A stretch of 64,000 nt of DNA from an uncultured Candidatus Entotheonella sp. Lineage in GTDB: Bacteria > Tectomicrobia > Entotheonellia > Entotheonellales > Entotheonellaceae. The translations under genes were made by a program, and so were the position numbers. Under the pieces are notes generated by a model. The model did no database searches, was not told where the DNA came from, and saw nothing but the letters and a program-made list of their open reading frames with translations. The stretch's first letter is position 1, and every line of letters starts with the position of its first letter. Where the stretch lies: NCBI GenBank assembly GCA_965217185.1, contig OZ244252.1, positions 1,312,001 through 1,376,000 of the forward strand, given 5' to 3'. Positions 21,592 through 31,656 of the stretch are shown here, one piece after another.

Positions 21592-23370
21592 ATGATCAGG
21601 CGCTCGTTATGGATCGTTGTTGCAGTCATGCTGGCGCTGCCTTTCTGGGCGCAGGCAAACGATGAACTTCTGATGCTGCAGGAGGACGCCGGGCAGTGGA
21701 CGTTGCCCGGCAAGAATTATTCCGCCAACCGTTACAGCACCCTCAATCAAATCACCAGCCGTAACGTCAAGAACCTGAAAGCGTCATGGACGTTTTCGCT
21801 CGGCGTGCTGCGTGGGCAGGAAGGCGCCCCGCTGGTGGTCGGTACCACGATGTACGTGCACACCGGGTTTCCGAACAACGTCTACGCGCTGGACTTGACC
21901 CGGGACGGCGCCCCCATCAAGTGGGCTTATAAGCCCAATCAGGATGCCAACGTGCCCGCGGTGGCGTGCTGCGACACGGTATACCGCGGCTTGGCCTACG
22001 CCGGTGGGAAGATATTCCTGGCGCAGTTGGACACCAACGTCGTCGCCATCGATGCCGCGACGGGCAAGGAAATCTGGAAGGTCACGCAGGGCGACCCGGG
22101 TCAGGGTATGACCATTACCGCCGCGCCGTTGGTGATCAAGGACAAGGTCATCACGGGCATCAGCGGTGGTGAGTTCGGCGTGCGCGGCTTCGTGACCGCA
22201 AACGACATCAACACTGGCGAGCAGGTCTGGCGCGCCTACAGCGCCGGGCCGGATACGGACGTGCTGATCGGCGACGGTTTCAGCTCGCCCTACGCCAGCC
22301 ATCAGGGTGCCGACCTCGGCGTCAGCACCTGGAAGGGTGATGAGTGGACGCGCGGCGGCGGCACCACCTGGGGCTGGTACACCTACGACCCCGAACTCGA
22401 CCTGCTGTATTACAGCACCGGCAACCCCGGAGCCTGGAATCCGACCCAGCGCCCCGGCGACAATAAATGGTCCATGACCATCTTCGCGCGTAATCCGGAC
22501 ACCGGCATGGCGCGCTGGGCCTATCAGATGACGCCGCACGACGAGTGGGATTACGACGGCGTCAACGAGAACATCCTGGCCGACTTGAGCATGAACGGGG
22601 AGACCCGCAAGGTCTTGGTGCACTTTGATCGCAACGGCTTCGGGTACACGATTGACCGCGCTACCGGCGAGGTGCTGGTGGCGGAGAAGTTCGGCGCCGT
22701 CAACTGGGCGACCAGCGTGGACCTGGAAACCGGCTTGCCCGTTCGGGTGGCCGAAAAAGGTACTCAGGCGGGCCGTAACAGCAAGGACATTTGTCCGGCG
22801 GCCATTGGCACCAAGGATCAGCAACCCGCGGCCTTTTCGCCGAAGACCGGCCTGTTCTATGTTCCCACCAATAACATCTGCATGGATTACGAAGGTGTGC
22901 CGGTGAAATACCAGGCCGGACAATGGTACGTCGGCGCGATAGTGCGGATGTATCCCGGACCGGGCGGCAACCGCGGTGAGTTCATCGCTTGGGATGCCAC
23001 CACCGGGGAGAAAAAGTGGGGCATCAAGGAGAATCTGGCGGCGTACGGCGGCGCGTTGGCCACCGCCGGCAACGTGGTTTTCTATGGCACCATGGAAGGC
23101 TGGCTGAAGGCCGTGAACGCCAAGACCGGCGAGTTGTTGTGGCGGTTCAAGACTGGCTCCGGCATCATCGCCAACCCGATGACTTTTCTGGCGCCCGACG
23201 GCAAGCAGTACGTGGCCGTCATTTCGGGGGTCGGCGGCTGGGCCGGCATCGCGGCGGCTCTGGACATCGGACCTGAGGATCCCACCGCGGGGCTGGGTGC
23301 TCTCGGCGCCTTTGGCGACGCGGGGATGCACAGCACCAAGGGAGCCATGTTGTACGTCTTCGGACTGTAA
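21592..23370 (+). CDS. xoxF: Lanthanide-dependent PQQ methanol dehydrogenase
   Basis: Signal peptide; vicinal ACCD; GISGGEFGVRG; TPHDEWDYDGVNE containing the extra Asp (D-x-D) diagnostic of Ln binding; no mxaI nearby. Confidence 0.93.
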   Translation: MIRRSLWIVVAVMLALPFWAQANDELLMLQEDAGQWTLPGKNYSANRYSTLNQITSRNVKNLKASWTFSLGVLRGQEGAPLVVGTTMYVHTGFPNNVYALDLTRDGAPIKWAYKPNQDANVPAVACCDTVYRGLAYAGGKIFLAQLDTNVVAIDAATGKEIWKVTQGDPGQGMTITAAPLVIKDKVITGISGGEFGVRGFVTANDINTGEQVWRAYSAGPDTDVLIGDGFSSPYASHQGADLGVSTWKGDEWTRGGGTTWGWYTYDPELDLLYYSTGNPGAWNPTQRPGDNKWSMTIFARNPDTGMARWAYQMTPHDEWDYDGVNENILADLSMNGETRKVLVHFDRNGFGYTIDRATGEVLVAEKFGAVNWATSVDLETGLPVRVAEKGTQAGRNSKDICPAAIGTKDQQPAAFSPKTGLFYVPTNNICMDYEGVPVKYQAGQWYVGAIVRMYPGPGGNRGEFIAWDATTGEKKWGIKENLAAYGGALATAGNVVFYGTMEGWLKAVNAKTGELLWRFKTGSGIIANPMTFLAPDGKQYVAVISGVGGWAGIAAALDIGPEDPTAGLGALGAFGDAGMHSTKGAMLYVFGL

Positions 23371-23392
23371 TCGCCTGCGCATCGCAGTCGGA

Positions 23393-23433
23393 CGGCGGCG
23401 GGGGAAGGCCAGTGATGGCGCCCCCCGCCGCCG
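23393..23433 (+). promoter_or_regulatory. GC-rich intergenic hairpin after xoxF (mRNA stabiliser or partial terminator)
   Basis: CGGCGGCGGGGG / CCCCCGCCGCCG inverted repeat with no U-tract. Confidence 0.55.
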
Positions 23434-23475
23434 GGTGGCCGAAGACTCTGTTGGACGGCACGGGCAGGAGCCTTT

Positions 23476-24294
23476 ATGCACCGGCGAAAACCGCTTCTGT
23501 GGTTGGTAGGGCTCGTGGTGATGGTCGCTGTGACCGTTCCCGGCACACAAAGCGCGGAGCTAAAGGCCCTGCACGTTTGCGCGGACCCGGACAACCTGCC
23601 GTTCTCGAATCGGCAGGAAGAAGGTTTCGAAAACCGCATCGCTGCCCTGGTGGCGGCGGAATTGGGGATTCCCCGTACCTACACGTGGTGGCCGCAACGG
23701 CGCGGCTTCCTGCGCGGTACGCTGAATGCCAGGCGTTGCGACGTGGTCATCGGCATCCCGGCCGGGCACCCGATGGTGCTCACGACGAGCGCCTACTATT
23801 CGTCGCCTTTCGTCGTTGTTTCCCGACGCCAGGACGACCTGCAGATCGCTTCCCTCGATGGCCCTCTCCTCGAGCGGCTTCGCATCGGGATTTACCGGAA
23901 TTCCCCGATCGACTTTGTACTCGGCCGCCGCGGCATTGTTGATAACGTTGTCGGTTACAGCACGTTCTACGACGGCCGGACGAACTACCCCGGAAAAATT
24001 ATCGAGGGCGTCGCCTCCGGGCGCATCGACGTGGCCATCGTGTGGGGCCCGGCAGCCGGGTATCTTGTCGAGCGGCAGTTCGAAACCCTACGATTGGCAC
24101 CCATTGAAGTCCCGGTGTTGGCGGGAAAAGGCGAAGGCGAATCCGAGGTGTTCGCAATGTCGATGGGCGTGAGAAAAACCGACGAGCAGCTTCGCGACGT
24201 CTTGGAGACCGTGCTACAGGCCAAGAAAGACGAAATAAGACGCATCTTACAGCACTACGGCGTACCGCTGGATGCCCGGGCGCTGCGCCAATGA
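23476..24294 (+). CDS. xoxJ: Methanol oxidation periplasmic binding protein XoxJ/MxaJ
   Basis: LHVCADPDNLPFSNRQEEGFENRIA; DVAIVWGPAAGY; directly after xoxF. Confidence 0.88.
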   Translation: MHRRKPLLWLVGLVVMVAVTVPGTQSAELKALHVCADPDNLPFSNRQEEGFENRIAALVAAELGIPRTYTWWPQRRGFLRGTLNARRCDVVIGIPAGHPMVLTTSAYYSSPFVVVSRRQDDLQIASLDGPLLERLRIGIYRNSPIDFVLGRRGIVDNVVGYSTFYDGRTNYPGKIIEGVASGRIDVAIVWGPAAGYLVERQFETLRLAPIEVPVLAGKGEGESEVFAMSMGVRKTDEQLRDVLETVLQAKKDEIRRILQHYGVPLDARALRQ

Positions 24295-24326
24295 CGGGTA
24301 GCATTTCGAGAACGTGAAGACAGGGA

Positions 24327-24758
24327 GTGAACATGCTGCAGCGGTCCTCGATTTGTAGGCGGAACCGTGTCTCATACCGCCGTTTCCCCTTCCCCATCAT
24401 CCTGTCAGCGATTCTGTTCGTTTTGCTGAGTGCTTTTCAGGGCCTCCCGGAAGGCGAGGCTCAGGACGCTTCGCAGGTATCGGAAGCCGTGATGAACGGT
24501 TGGCGCTGGTTTCATGTCTATTGTTTCCGCTGTCACGGCATGGACGCCGTGGGCAGCCAGATCGCGCCCAATTTGCGGGAATCCATCAAGGTTCTGCCGC
24601 ACGACGAGTTCCTTAAGGTCATCCGCGAGGGCAGGCCCGAAAAAGGCATGCAGGCGTGGAACGTGTTGTTGGACGCATCGCAAATGGAAGACATCTACAA
24701 ATATGTGATGGAGCGCAGCACCGGACGCTTGAAACCCGGCAGGCCCGACGAGCAATGA
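24327..24758 (+). CDS. xoxG: Monoheme cytochrome c, probable XoxF electron acceptor
   Basis: CFRCH motif, distal Met (KGMQAW), signal peptide, position after xoxFJ. Confidence 0.7.
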   Translation: MNMLQRSSICRRNRVSYRRFPFPIILSAILFVLLSAFQGLPEGEAQDASQVSEAVMNGWRWFHVYCFRCHGMDAVGSQIAPNLRESIKVLPHDEFLKVIREGRPEKGMQAWNVLLDASQMEDIYKYVMERSTGRLKPGRPDEQ

Positions 24759-25264
24759 CGGGCATGATTCCCGCCTTCAAACCGCTCATGATAGCCGCGG
24801 GGTTCCTCGTCCAAGTCTGTCTGACCTCGTGGCTCTGGGCAGACAGCCCTTCGACACCGGTCACGCTCGCAGTGCTGGAATTCTCGCTCAACCTCGACAT
24901 TGCCAACCCGGACGACACCGCCTACGACCTTTTGCCCGCCCAATTGGCCAGCCAAAGCCTGCGTCGGCTGGCTTCTCAGAGTGAACACCATGCGCTTGTC
25001 GATGGCCGCGGGGTGGTTTCCGATTCGCCCTGCGCCGACGCTGACTGTGCCCTGCGCATGGGGCGCGTTCTGGGGGTGCAGCGGGTCATTTGGGGACAGG
25101 TCACCAAGGTCAGCGCCCTCATTTGGTTCGTGTCCGCGCAGCTTGTCGACGTCCCGACTACAACGATTCGGCATGCCGAGACCCTGCAATTCAGAGGCAA
25201 CATGAGGGACGTCGTGCCCCGTCTGGCGGCGATCCTGTGGCGCCGTATGCATGAAGGCGATTGA
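24755..25264 (+). CDS. Exported DUF2380/DUF3280-like protein, often found in methanol-oxidation clusters
   Basis: CADADC and GQVTKVSALI motifs; ATGA overlap with the cytochrome stop codon. Confidence 0.6.
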   Translation: MTGMIPAFKPLMIAAGFLVQVCLTSWLWADSPSTPVTLAVLEFSLNLDIANPDDTAYDLLPAQLASQSLRRLASQSEHHALVDGRGVVSDSPCADADCALRMGRVLGVQRVIWGQVTKVSALIWFVSAQLVDVPTTTIRHAETLQFRGNMRDVVPRLAAILWRRMHEGD

Positions 25265-25298
25265 ATGCGTTCTTTCTTGCAACAAGCCGATGCGGCGG

Positions 25299-25331
25299 CG
25301 TGTTGACACGATTTTGAGCCGCCGTTAGTAT
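25299..25331 (+). promoter_or_regulatory. Putative sigma70 promoter of pqqB with a palindrome overlapping the -35 box
   Basis: TTGACA(25303)-17 bp-TAGTAT(25326); CGTGT-TG-ACACG palindrome. Confidence 0.5.
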
Positions 25332-25403
25332 TTGCGCGGTCCGGCACCAGGCTCATGCAACGGCACGCGCCCCTATACATTACGATTTTAGGTTTACGGA
25401 GGA

Positions 25404-26321
25404 ATGATGCGGATACACGTCCTTGGATCGGCTGCCGGCGGCGGATTCCCGCAATGGAATTGCAATTGCTCGAATTGTAGTCGGTTGCGTCAGGGGAATA
25501 TCAAAGCCACGGCCCGCACGCAGTCCTCCATCGCCGTCAGCAGCGACGGCATCGATTGGGTGCTCTTCAACGCCTCCCCCGACATCCGCACCCAGTTGGA
25601 GGCTTTTCCGGCCATGCAGCCGGCCCGGTCTCTGCGCGACACGGGCATCGTCGGCATCGTCCTCATTGATAGCCAAATCGACCATACGACCGGCCTGCTG
25701 GTGCTGCGCGAAGGCCAGCCGCTCAACATTTACTGCACCGACATGGTGCACCAGGACCTCACCACCGGACACCCCCTTTTCAACGTGTTGGGCCATTACT
25801 GCGGCGTCAATTGGCATTCGGTGCCGCTGGAAGCCGGCGCGGATTTCATGATCGATGGCGTCGAGGGCCTACGCTTTACCGCAGTGCCCCTGAGCAGCAA
25901 AGCGCCGCCCTATTCTCCGCATCGCCACGACCCGCATCTTGGCGACAACATCAGCGTGCGCGTGGAAGACCTGCGCAGCGGCAAGAACCTGTACTACGCG
26001 CCCGGCTTGGGCAAGATCGAGCCGCATATCCTTCCTTATATGAAGGAGGCGGATTGCCTGATGGTGGACGGAACCTTCTGGCGCGACGACGAGATGGTGA
26101 TTGCCGGCCTGGGCAAAAAACTCGCCAGTGACATGGGGCACCTGCCGCAATCGGGCGACGATGGCATGTTGAGTGTCCTCGCTTCGTTACAGCGCCCGCG
26201 CAAAATTCTGATTCACATCAACAATTCGAATCCGATACTCGACGAGGAGTCTCCGGAGCGCGCTATTGTCGCCAAGGCGGGCGTTGAAGTTGCCCACGAT
26301 GGGATGGACATTACCCTGTAA
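25404..26321 (+). CDS. pqqB: PQQ biosynthesis protein B
   Basis: [33 protein letters not shown]. Confidence 0.97.
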   Translation: MMRIHVLGSAAGGGFPQWNCNCSNCSRLRQGNIKATARTQSSIAVSSDGIDWVLFNASPDIRTQLEAFPAMQPARSLRDTGIVGIVLIDSQIDHTTGLLVLREGQPLNIYCTDMVHQDLTTGHPLFNVLGHYCGVNWHSVPLEAGADFMIDGVEGLRFTAVPLSSKAPPYSPHRHDPHLGDNISVRVEDLRSGKNLYYAPGLGKIEPHILPYMKEADCLMVDGTFWRDDEMVIAGLGKKLASDMGHLPQSGDDGMLSVLASLQRPRKILIHINNSNPILDEESPERAIVAKAGVEVAHDGMDITL

Positions 26322-26349
26322 ACGTGCCACGAAACGAAGGAGTTCCGGT

Positions 26350-27096
26350 ATGTCTGCTTCCGAAACGGCCCCCTGGAGTCGTGAGGAATTTCACGAGAAG
26401 CTGAAGGAGAAGGGAACCTCGTACCACGTCTACCATCCCTTCCAGATCATGATGACCGAGGGCAAATTGACCCGTTCGCAAATGCAGGGTTGGGTGGCCA
26501 ACCGGTTTTATTATCAGAAAAACATTCCGTTGAAAGACGCCGCGGTCATGGCCAACTGCCCGGACCGGGAGGTGCGGCGCGAGTGGATTCTGCGCATGCT
26601 CGATCAGGACGGCACCGACGGCGACGCAGGGGGCATCGAAGCCTGGCTGCGGCTGGGGGTTGCCTGTGGTTTGACGCGTGAGGAAGTTCTTAGTGAGGAG
26701 CATGTCCTGCCGGGTGTGCGCTTCGCGGTTGACGCCTATCGCAATTTTGCCCGTTCGCGCCCTTGGCAGGAGGCGGTGTGCTCGTCTCTGACGGAGCTTT
26801 TCGCCCCGGACGCGCACGCTTCGCGTATCGAGTCGTTTCCCAAGCATTACCCATGGATTGGCCCGGAGGGTCTGGACTATTTCCGCATGCGCCTGACCGA
26901 GGCGCGCCGGGACGTGCAGCATGGACTCCAGGTCACGCTGGACTATTTCAAGACGCGCGCCCAGCAGGAACGGGCCCTGGACATTTTGGAATTCAAGCTC
27001 GACGTGTTGTGGACGATGTTGGACGCCATGTACATGGCCTATATTTCCCAAGAAACCCTGCCGCCGCACAAGAAATACGCGCTGACCGAGCGTTGA
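26350..27096 (+). CDS. pqqC: PQQ synthase
   Basis: [35 protein letters not shown]. Confidence 0.97.
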   Translation: MSASETAPWSREEFHEKLKEKGTSYHVYHPFQIMMTEGKLTRSQMQGWVANRFYYQKNIPLKDAAVMANCPDREVRREWILRMLDQDGTDGDAGGIEAWLRLGVACGLTREEVLSEEHVLPGVRFAVDAYRNFARSRPWQEAVCSSLTELFAPDAHASRIESFPKHYPWIGPEGLDYFRMRLTEARRDVQHGLQVTLDYFKTRAQQERALDILEFKLDVLWTMLDAMYMAYISQETLPPHKKYALTER

Positions 27097-27123
27097 GGAA
27101 CGGATGCGGCGAAGGAGGCCAAA

Positions 27124-27417
27124 ATGGCAGAACCGGAGGCCCTGAAGGCGGATGACATTATCAGTATTACCCGCCACTTTCGCATGCAGTGGGAAGAGGC
27201 GCAGCAGGCCCACGTGTTGTTGTATCCCGAGGGCATGGTGACCCTCAACGGACCGGCCGCAGAAATCCTGACCCGCTGCCGGGAGGCCAAATCCGTCACT
27301 CAAGTGGTCGAGGAGCTGCAACAGGCATTTCCGCAGGACGACATCGCCGCGGACGTGCGCGAGTTTCTGGAGGACGCTTATGCAAACGGCTGGATCTGCA
27401 TCGAACGGGCAGACTAA
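27124..27417 (+). CDS. pqqD: PqqA peptide chaperone
   Basis: [21 protein letters not shown]. Confidence 0.95.
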   Translation: MAEPEALKADDIISITRHFRMQWEEAQQAHVLLYPEGMVTLNGPAAEILTRCREAKSVTQVVEELQQAFPQDDIAADVREFLEDAYANGWICIERAD

Positions 27418-28519
27418 CCCCCTGTGGCTGCTGGCGGAGTTGACCTACCGCTGTCCGCTGCAATGCCTTTATTGCTCCAACCCCATAGACTACGCCAAGT
27501 ATCAGAATGAGCTGACCACCGAGGAATGGATGCGGGTGCTTCAGGAAGGCCGCGCCATGGGCGCTACGCAACTCGGCTTCTCGGGCGGCGAGCCCCTGGT
27601 TCGCAAGGACCTCGTCGAGTTGGCTCGCGAAGCCCGACGGCTTGGCTATTATTCCAACCTGATCACCTCCGGCATCGGCATGGACGAGCCGCGCATCGCG
27701 GCTCTCAAGGAAGCCGGGCTGGACCATATCCAGTTGAGCTTCCAGGCCAATACACCGGAAGTCAACGACTACATCGGCGGTGCCAAGACCTTTGAGCGCA
27801 AGCTGGCCATGGCGCGGTTGATCAAACATTACGATTACCCGATGGTGATGAACGTCGTGCTGCATCGGCAGAACATCGATCAGACCGAGGAAATCCTGCA
27901 GATGGCCGAGGAGTTGGAAGCCGATTACGTCGAGTTGGCCAACACGCAGTATTACGGTTGGGCGAAGGTCAACCGTTCTCAACTGTTGCCGACCCGCGAG
28001 CAGGTGGAGCGCGCCGAAGCCATCGCCCACGACTACCAGGAACGCTTCAAGGGGCGCATGAAGGTCTACTATGTGGTGCCCGATTACTTCGAGGACCGTC
28101 CCAAACCGTGCATGGCCGGCTGGGGTTCCGTGTTCTTGAATGTGGCGCCGGATGGCAGTGCCCTGCCCTGCCACGCAGCCCATCAACTGCCGGGCCTGGA
28201 CTTCCCCAACGTGCGCGACGCGAGCCTGCATTGGATCTGGCACGAATCCCCAGCCTTCAATGCCTTTCGGGGCGAGGACTGGATGAAGGAGCCCTGTCGG
28301 ACCTGCCCGGAACGCGCCAAGGACTTTGGCGGCTGCCGCTGCCAAGCCTACATGCTGACGGGCGACGCGGCCAACGCGGACCCCGTTTGCAGCCTGTCGC
28401 CGCAGCACGACGTCGTGCTCAATGCCATCGACGAGGACCAGGTCGTTCCGCCTGCCGGTCAGCTTCCGATGTTCCGCAGCAACAAGAATTCGCGGCAGTT
28501 TGTCGAATCTGGCGTTTAA
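27380..28519 (+). CDS. pqqE: Radical SAM PQQ biosynthesis protein
   Basis: [25 protein letters not shown] motif [19 protein letters not shown]. Confidence 0.97.
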   Translation: MQTAGSASNGQTNPLWLLAELTYRCPLQCLYCSNPIDYAKYQNELTTEEWMRVLQEGRAMGATQLGFSGGEPLVRKDLVELAREARRLGYYSNLITSGIGMDEPRIAALKEAGLDHIQLSFQANTPEVNDYIGGAKTFERKLAMARLIKHYDYPMVMNVVLHRQNIDQTEEILQMAEELEADYVELANTQYYGWAKVNRSQLLPTREQVERAEAIAHDYQERFKGRMKVYYVVPDYFEDRPKPCMAGWGSVFLNVAPDGSALPCHAAHQLPGLDFPNVRDASLHWIWHESPAFNAFRGEDWMKEPCRTCPERAKDFGGCRCQAYMLTGDAANADPVCSLSPQHDVVLNAIDEDQVVPPAGQLPMFRSNKNSRQFVESGV

Positions 28520-28554
28520 CAGTCGCCAGACCCTCGCGACGGGACCTAACTCAC

Positions 28555-29514
28555 ATGCAGGTCGACGCCTTGTCGCAGTCCAACGTCCCACTCGCCATCC
28601 AGACGACCGATCTGAGCAAGACATACGGCAAGCTGCAGGCAGTTGACCGCCTGCAGCTTGCCATCCCGGCAGGCCAATTCTTCGGCCTGCTCGGCCCCAA
28701 TGGGTCCGGCAAAACCACCACCATCCACATGTTGACTACTCTCGCCCGCCCCACGGCAGGACAGGCGAGCGTGGCCGGGCACGACGTCCTCAGGGAGAGC
28801 GTCGCGGTGCGCCGGGAGGTTGGCTTGGTCTTCCAGGAGTCGGCGCTGGATCGTACCCTGACGGTTGACGAAAACCTTCGTTTTGCAGGCATGCTGCGCA
28901 ATCTGTCCCGTGCCACCATTCGCCAGCGCAGCGACGAATTGCTGGAATTGTTCAACCTGCGCGAACGGCGCCACATGAAGGTCGCAACGCTCTCCGGTGG
29001 CATGCGGCGGGCGCTGGATATTGCCCGCGGTGTGCTGCACCGGCCTCGTGTCCTGTTTCTTGACGAACCCACCCTGGGGCTCGACGTTCCCAGCCGGCGC
29101 GGCATCTGGCGCTTCATCGAGCAGTTGCGTCGTGAGGAAGTCATGACCGTTTTCCTCACCACGCACTATCTGGAAGAGGCCGAAGCGTGCGATCAGGTTA
29201 CTTTTTTGGCCTCGGGTAGAATCATTGGTGCCGGGACGCCCGAATCCCTGGTCCGGCGGTTCGGTCCTTACGTGCTGGAAATCGACGGCACCGACCTGGA
29301 CGTGATCGCCGGGCTCTTGTCCCCCCGCCTCGGTCCCTGCCTCAAGGAAGGCGGGACCGCGAGCTTTCGCGTGCTTGACGAACAATTTTCGTTCGCCGAA
29401 TTACAGGCGGAGATTAACGACAGTGTGCAGGCGGTTCGTTGGCGGCGGCCCAACCTCAACGACGTGTTCCTGTGGGTAAACGATCCGGCCCTGAACTCGG
29501 GATTGGATATCTAA
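28555..29514 (+). CDS. ABC transporter ATP-binding protein (ABC-2/DrrA type)
   Basis: GPNGSGKTT; LSGGM; FLDEP. Confidence 0.9.
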   Translation: MQVDALSQSNVPLAIQTTDLSKTYGKLQAVDRLQLAIPAGQFFGLLGPNGSGKTTTIHMLTTLARPTAGQASVAGHDVLRESVAVRREVGLVFQESALDRTLTVDENLRFAGMLRNLSRATIRQRSDELLELFNLRERRHMKVATLSGGMRRALDIARGVLHRPRVLFLDEPTLGLDVPSRRGIWRFIEQLRREEVMTVFLTTHYLEEAEACDQVTFLASGRIIGAGTPESLVRRFGPYVLEIDGTDLDVIAGLLSPRLGPCLKEGGTASFRVLDEQFSFAELQAEINDSVQAVRWRRPNLNDVFLWVNDPALNSGLDI

Positions 29515-30305
29515 TGTGGCGACCGGTGTGGGCTTTGATCGAACGCGAGATAATGCGCATGGTGCGCCAGCGCGGCCGTCTGGTGAGCGCCCTGGTACGG
29601 CCGCTCATCTGGCTGCTGGTTATCGGCGCGGGGTTCGGCACCCTGCTGGGCGATGAGGCGTCCGACGGCTACCAGCGCTTCCTGTCGCCGGGACTTCTCG
29701 GCATGGTGATGCTGTTCGCCGCCATGCTGGTTTCGTTGTCCGTGGTGTATGACAAAGAGTTCGGCATCATGCGTCTGCTGATCATTTCTCCCCTGCCCCA
29801 CTACTGGGTGGTCATCGCCAAAACGGTCAGCGGCATGGTGGTGGCCGTTGTACAGGCGGGAGCCTTCGCCGTCCTGTTGGCCCTGATGGGATACATTGCG
29901 GGCAACGTGTCGCTGCCGCTACTGGTGCTCGGCTTGTTCGCCACGGCGCTGGCCTGTGCCAGCCTGGGGATGCTGATTGCGGTGTGGAGTTCCACCCTGG
30001 ACAATTTCGCCGTCATTATGAACTTCGTCATTTTCCCCGTTTTTTTCCTGAGCGGCGCTCTGTACCCGGTACAACAGTTGCCCGATATCCTGAAGATCGT
30101 TGCCGCCGTGAATCCGTTCACCTACGGGGTCGATCTGCTCAAGCACGCCCTCGTCAGCGGCCTTGCCCCACCCCTCGGTCCCGACTTCCCGGTGGCCGTA
30201 GACATCACGGTTCTGCTGGGTTTCGCCGTCGTCGCCATCTTTGTGGCTTGTCTGCGGTTTTCTCACGAATCCGCCGCCGGCCTGCTGGACTTTCTGCGCG
30301 GCTGA
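29514..30305 (+). CDS. ABC-2 type permease (PQQ alcohol dehydrogenase-associated type)
   Basis: RQRGRLVSALVRPLIWL; NFVIFPVFFLSGALYP; NPFTYGVDL. Confidence 0.85.
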   Translation: MWRPVWALIEREIMRMVRQRGRLVSALVRPLIWLLVIGAGFGTLLGDEASDGYQRFLSPGLLGMVMLFAAMLVSLSVVYDKEFGIMRLLIISPLPHYWVVIAKTVSGMVVAVVQAGAFAVLLALMGYIAGNVSLPLLVLGLFATALACASLGMLIAVWSSTLDNFAVIMNFVIFPVFFLSGALYPVQQLPDILKIVAAVNPFTYGVDLLKHALVSGLAPPLGPDFPVAVDITVLLGFAVVAIFVACLRFSHESAAGLLDFLRG

Positions 30306-30418
30306 GGGTAAGTTGTGCCGCTGCTTTGCCGTTTTGTCTGATGCAATGCCGCGCGCAGTCGTTTACCGGCTTGCAGACGTATGATTCCAATATGAAACTC
30401 CGCAAAGGAGGTAGAACC

Positions 30419-30988
30419 ATGTCTGGACTTAGACGAGCAGGACGCGCCTGGGTTTGGCTCGGCCTGATCGCGGCAACCGTTTTGGCGCTGCATCCCATGC
30501 ACGCCGATGCGGCAGACGGCCCCGCCCTTCCTCAGGGCATGCGGGCTCCGAGTGAATCCGTAACCCTTCCCGCCTTCGAGCTCCCCGATTCCGATGGCAA
30601 CGTCGTCCGTGCCGCCGACCTGCAAGGCAAGGTCGTGGTCGCACGGTTCTGGGCCACGTGGTGAGGGATCTGCCGCAGCGAGATGCCCTCCGTGCAGAGG
30701 GTACACGAAGCCTTCCCGAATGAAGATGTTGCCGTAGTCGCGATCTCCCTTGATGGCGGCGGTGTGCCGACGGTGCAGTCCTACCTTGCCAGGCATGCAT
30801 ACACCTTTCCCACGCTGGTCGATCAGAAAATGACGGTGGCCCGTGCACTTGGTGCCCGGGGCGTTCCGTATACGCTCGTGATCAACCGCGAGGGCACGGT
30901 CGTTGGCCGTGCTTCCGGACCTTTCGACCTCGACAGCGGCTCATTCCGGCAGTACCTTGCCGATCTGGCGGCCCAGCCGCGTAGCTAA
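30419..30988 (+). CDS. Exported TlpA/ResA-like thioredoxin-fold protein; probable selenoprotein (UxxC, UGA at 30662-30664)
   Basis: FWATW-TGA-GICRSEMP continues in frame into VVAISLD...GVPYTLVINREG; AAGGAGG RBS; hairpin at 30684-30703. Confidence 0.85.
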
Positions 30989-31009
30989 CGTTACACAAGG
31001 AGACTTTTT

Positions 31010-31585
31010 ATGCAGGTAATCCAACGGCACGGGCGGTTCGCAGCTGCCCTGCTGTTTGCCGCAGTGCTGGTCTGCGGCGCCCTTAGTTCTGCCTCGGCCC
31101 TCCAGGTCGGGGAGAAGGCGCCCGACTTCGCCCTGCCGGCGACCACAGCCGAAGAGATTAAGTTGTCCGATTTCATTGGCCAGAAGCACCTGGTCATTTT
31201 CTTCTACGTTGGCGCCTTTACCGGCACTTGAACGGATGAAGCGCTGGCCTTCCAACTTGACTTGCTCAAGTTCGAGGCCGCCAATGCCCAGGTACTGGGT
31301 ATCAGCGTCGATTTCAACGATGCCAACAAAGCATGGGCCGAAAAGCTCGGTCTCACCTATCCCCTGTTGAGCGACATGTCCCGCAGCATGTCGAAGGCCT
31401 ATGGCACCCTTTTCGATGACCCCGCATTGCTCGAGGGTGATGGCTTCGATCCCATCATTTACCGGCGAAATAAGCGGGTATTCATGATCATCGACAAGGA
31501 GGGCGTGGTGCGCTACAACAAGACCATGCCTATTCCGCAACTCGTTCCCAACGACGAGCTCTTGAACGTGCTCAAGGGCCTGTAG
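31010..31585 (+). CDS. Exported peroxiredoxin (AhpC/BCP-like); probable selenoprotein (TxxU, UGA at 31229-31231)
   Basis: VGEKAPDF...FFYVGAFTGT-TGA-TDEA continues in frame into VLGISVD...YPLLSD...RVFMIIDKEGVVRY; hairpin at 31246-31279. Confidence 0.85.
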
Positions 31586-31656
31586 CGGCCGTAGATATGC
31601 CCTCATTTCCCGTCCGGGGTTGGCTGGAACGTTTTGCGCCGGCCCCGGCGGTTTCG

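Noticed and set aside
21592..23370. Calcium-dependent mxaF
   Set aside because: The active-site segment is DYD rather than DYA, and no mxaI is present.
21784..23550. 588-aa minus-strand ORF opposite xoxF, and similar ORFs opposite pqq and the RM gene
   Set aside because: Antisense shadow ORFs of well-supported genes.
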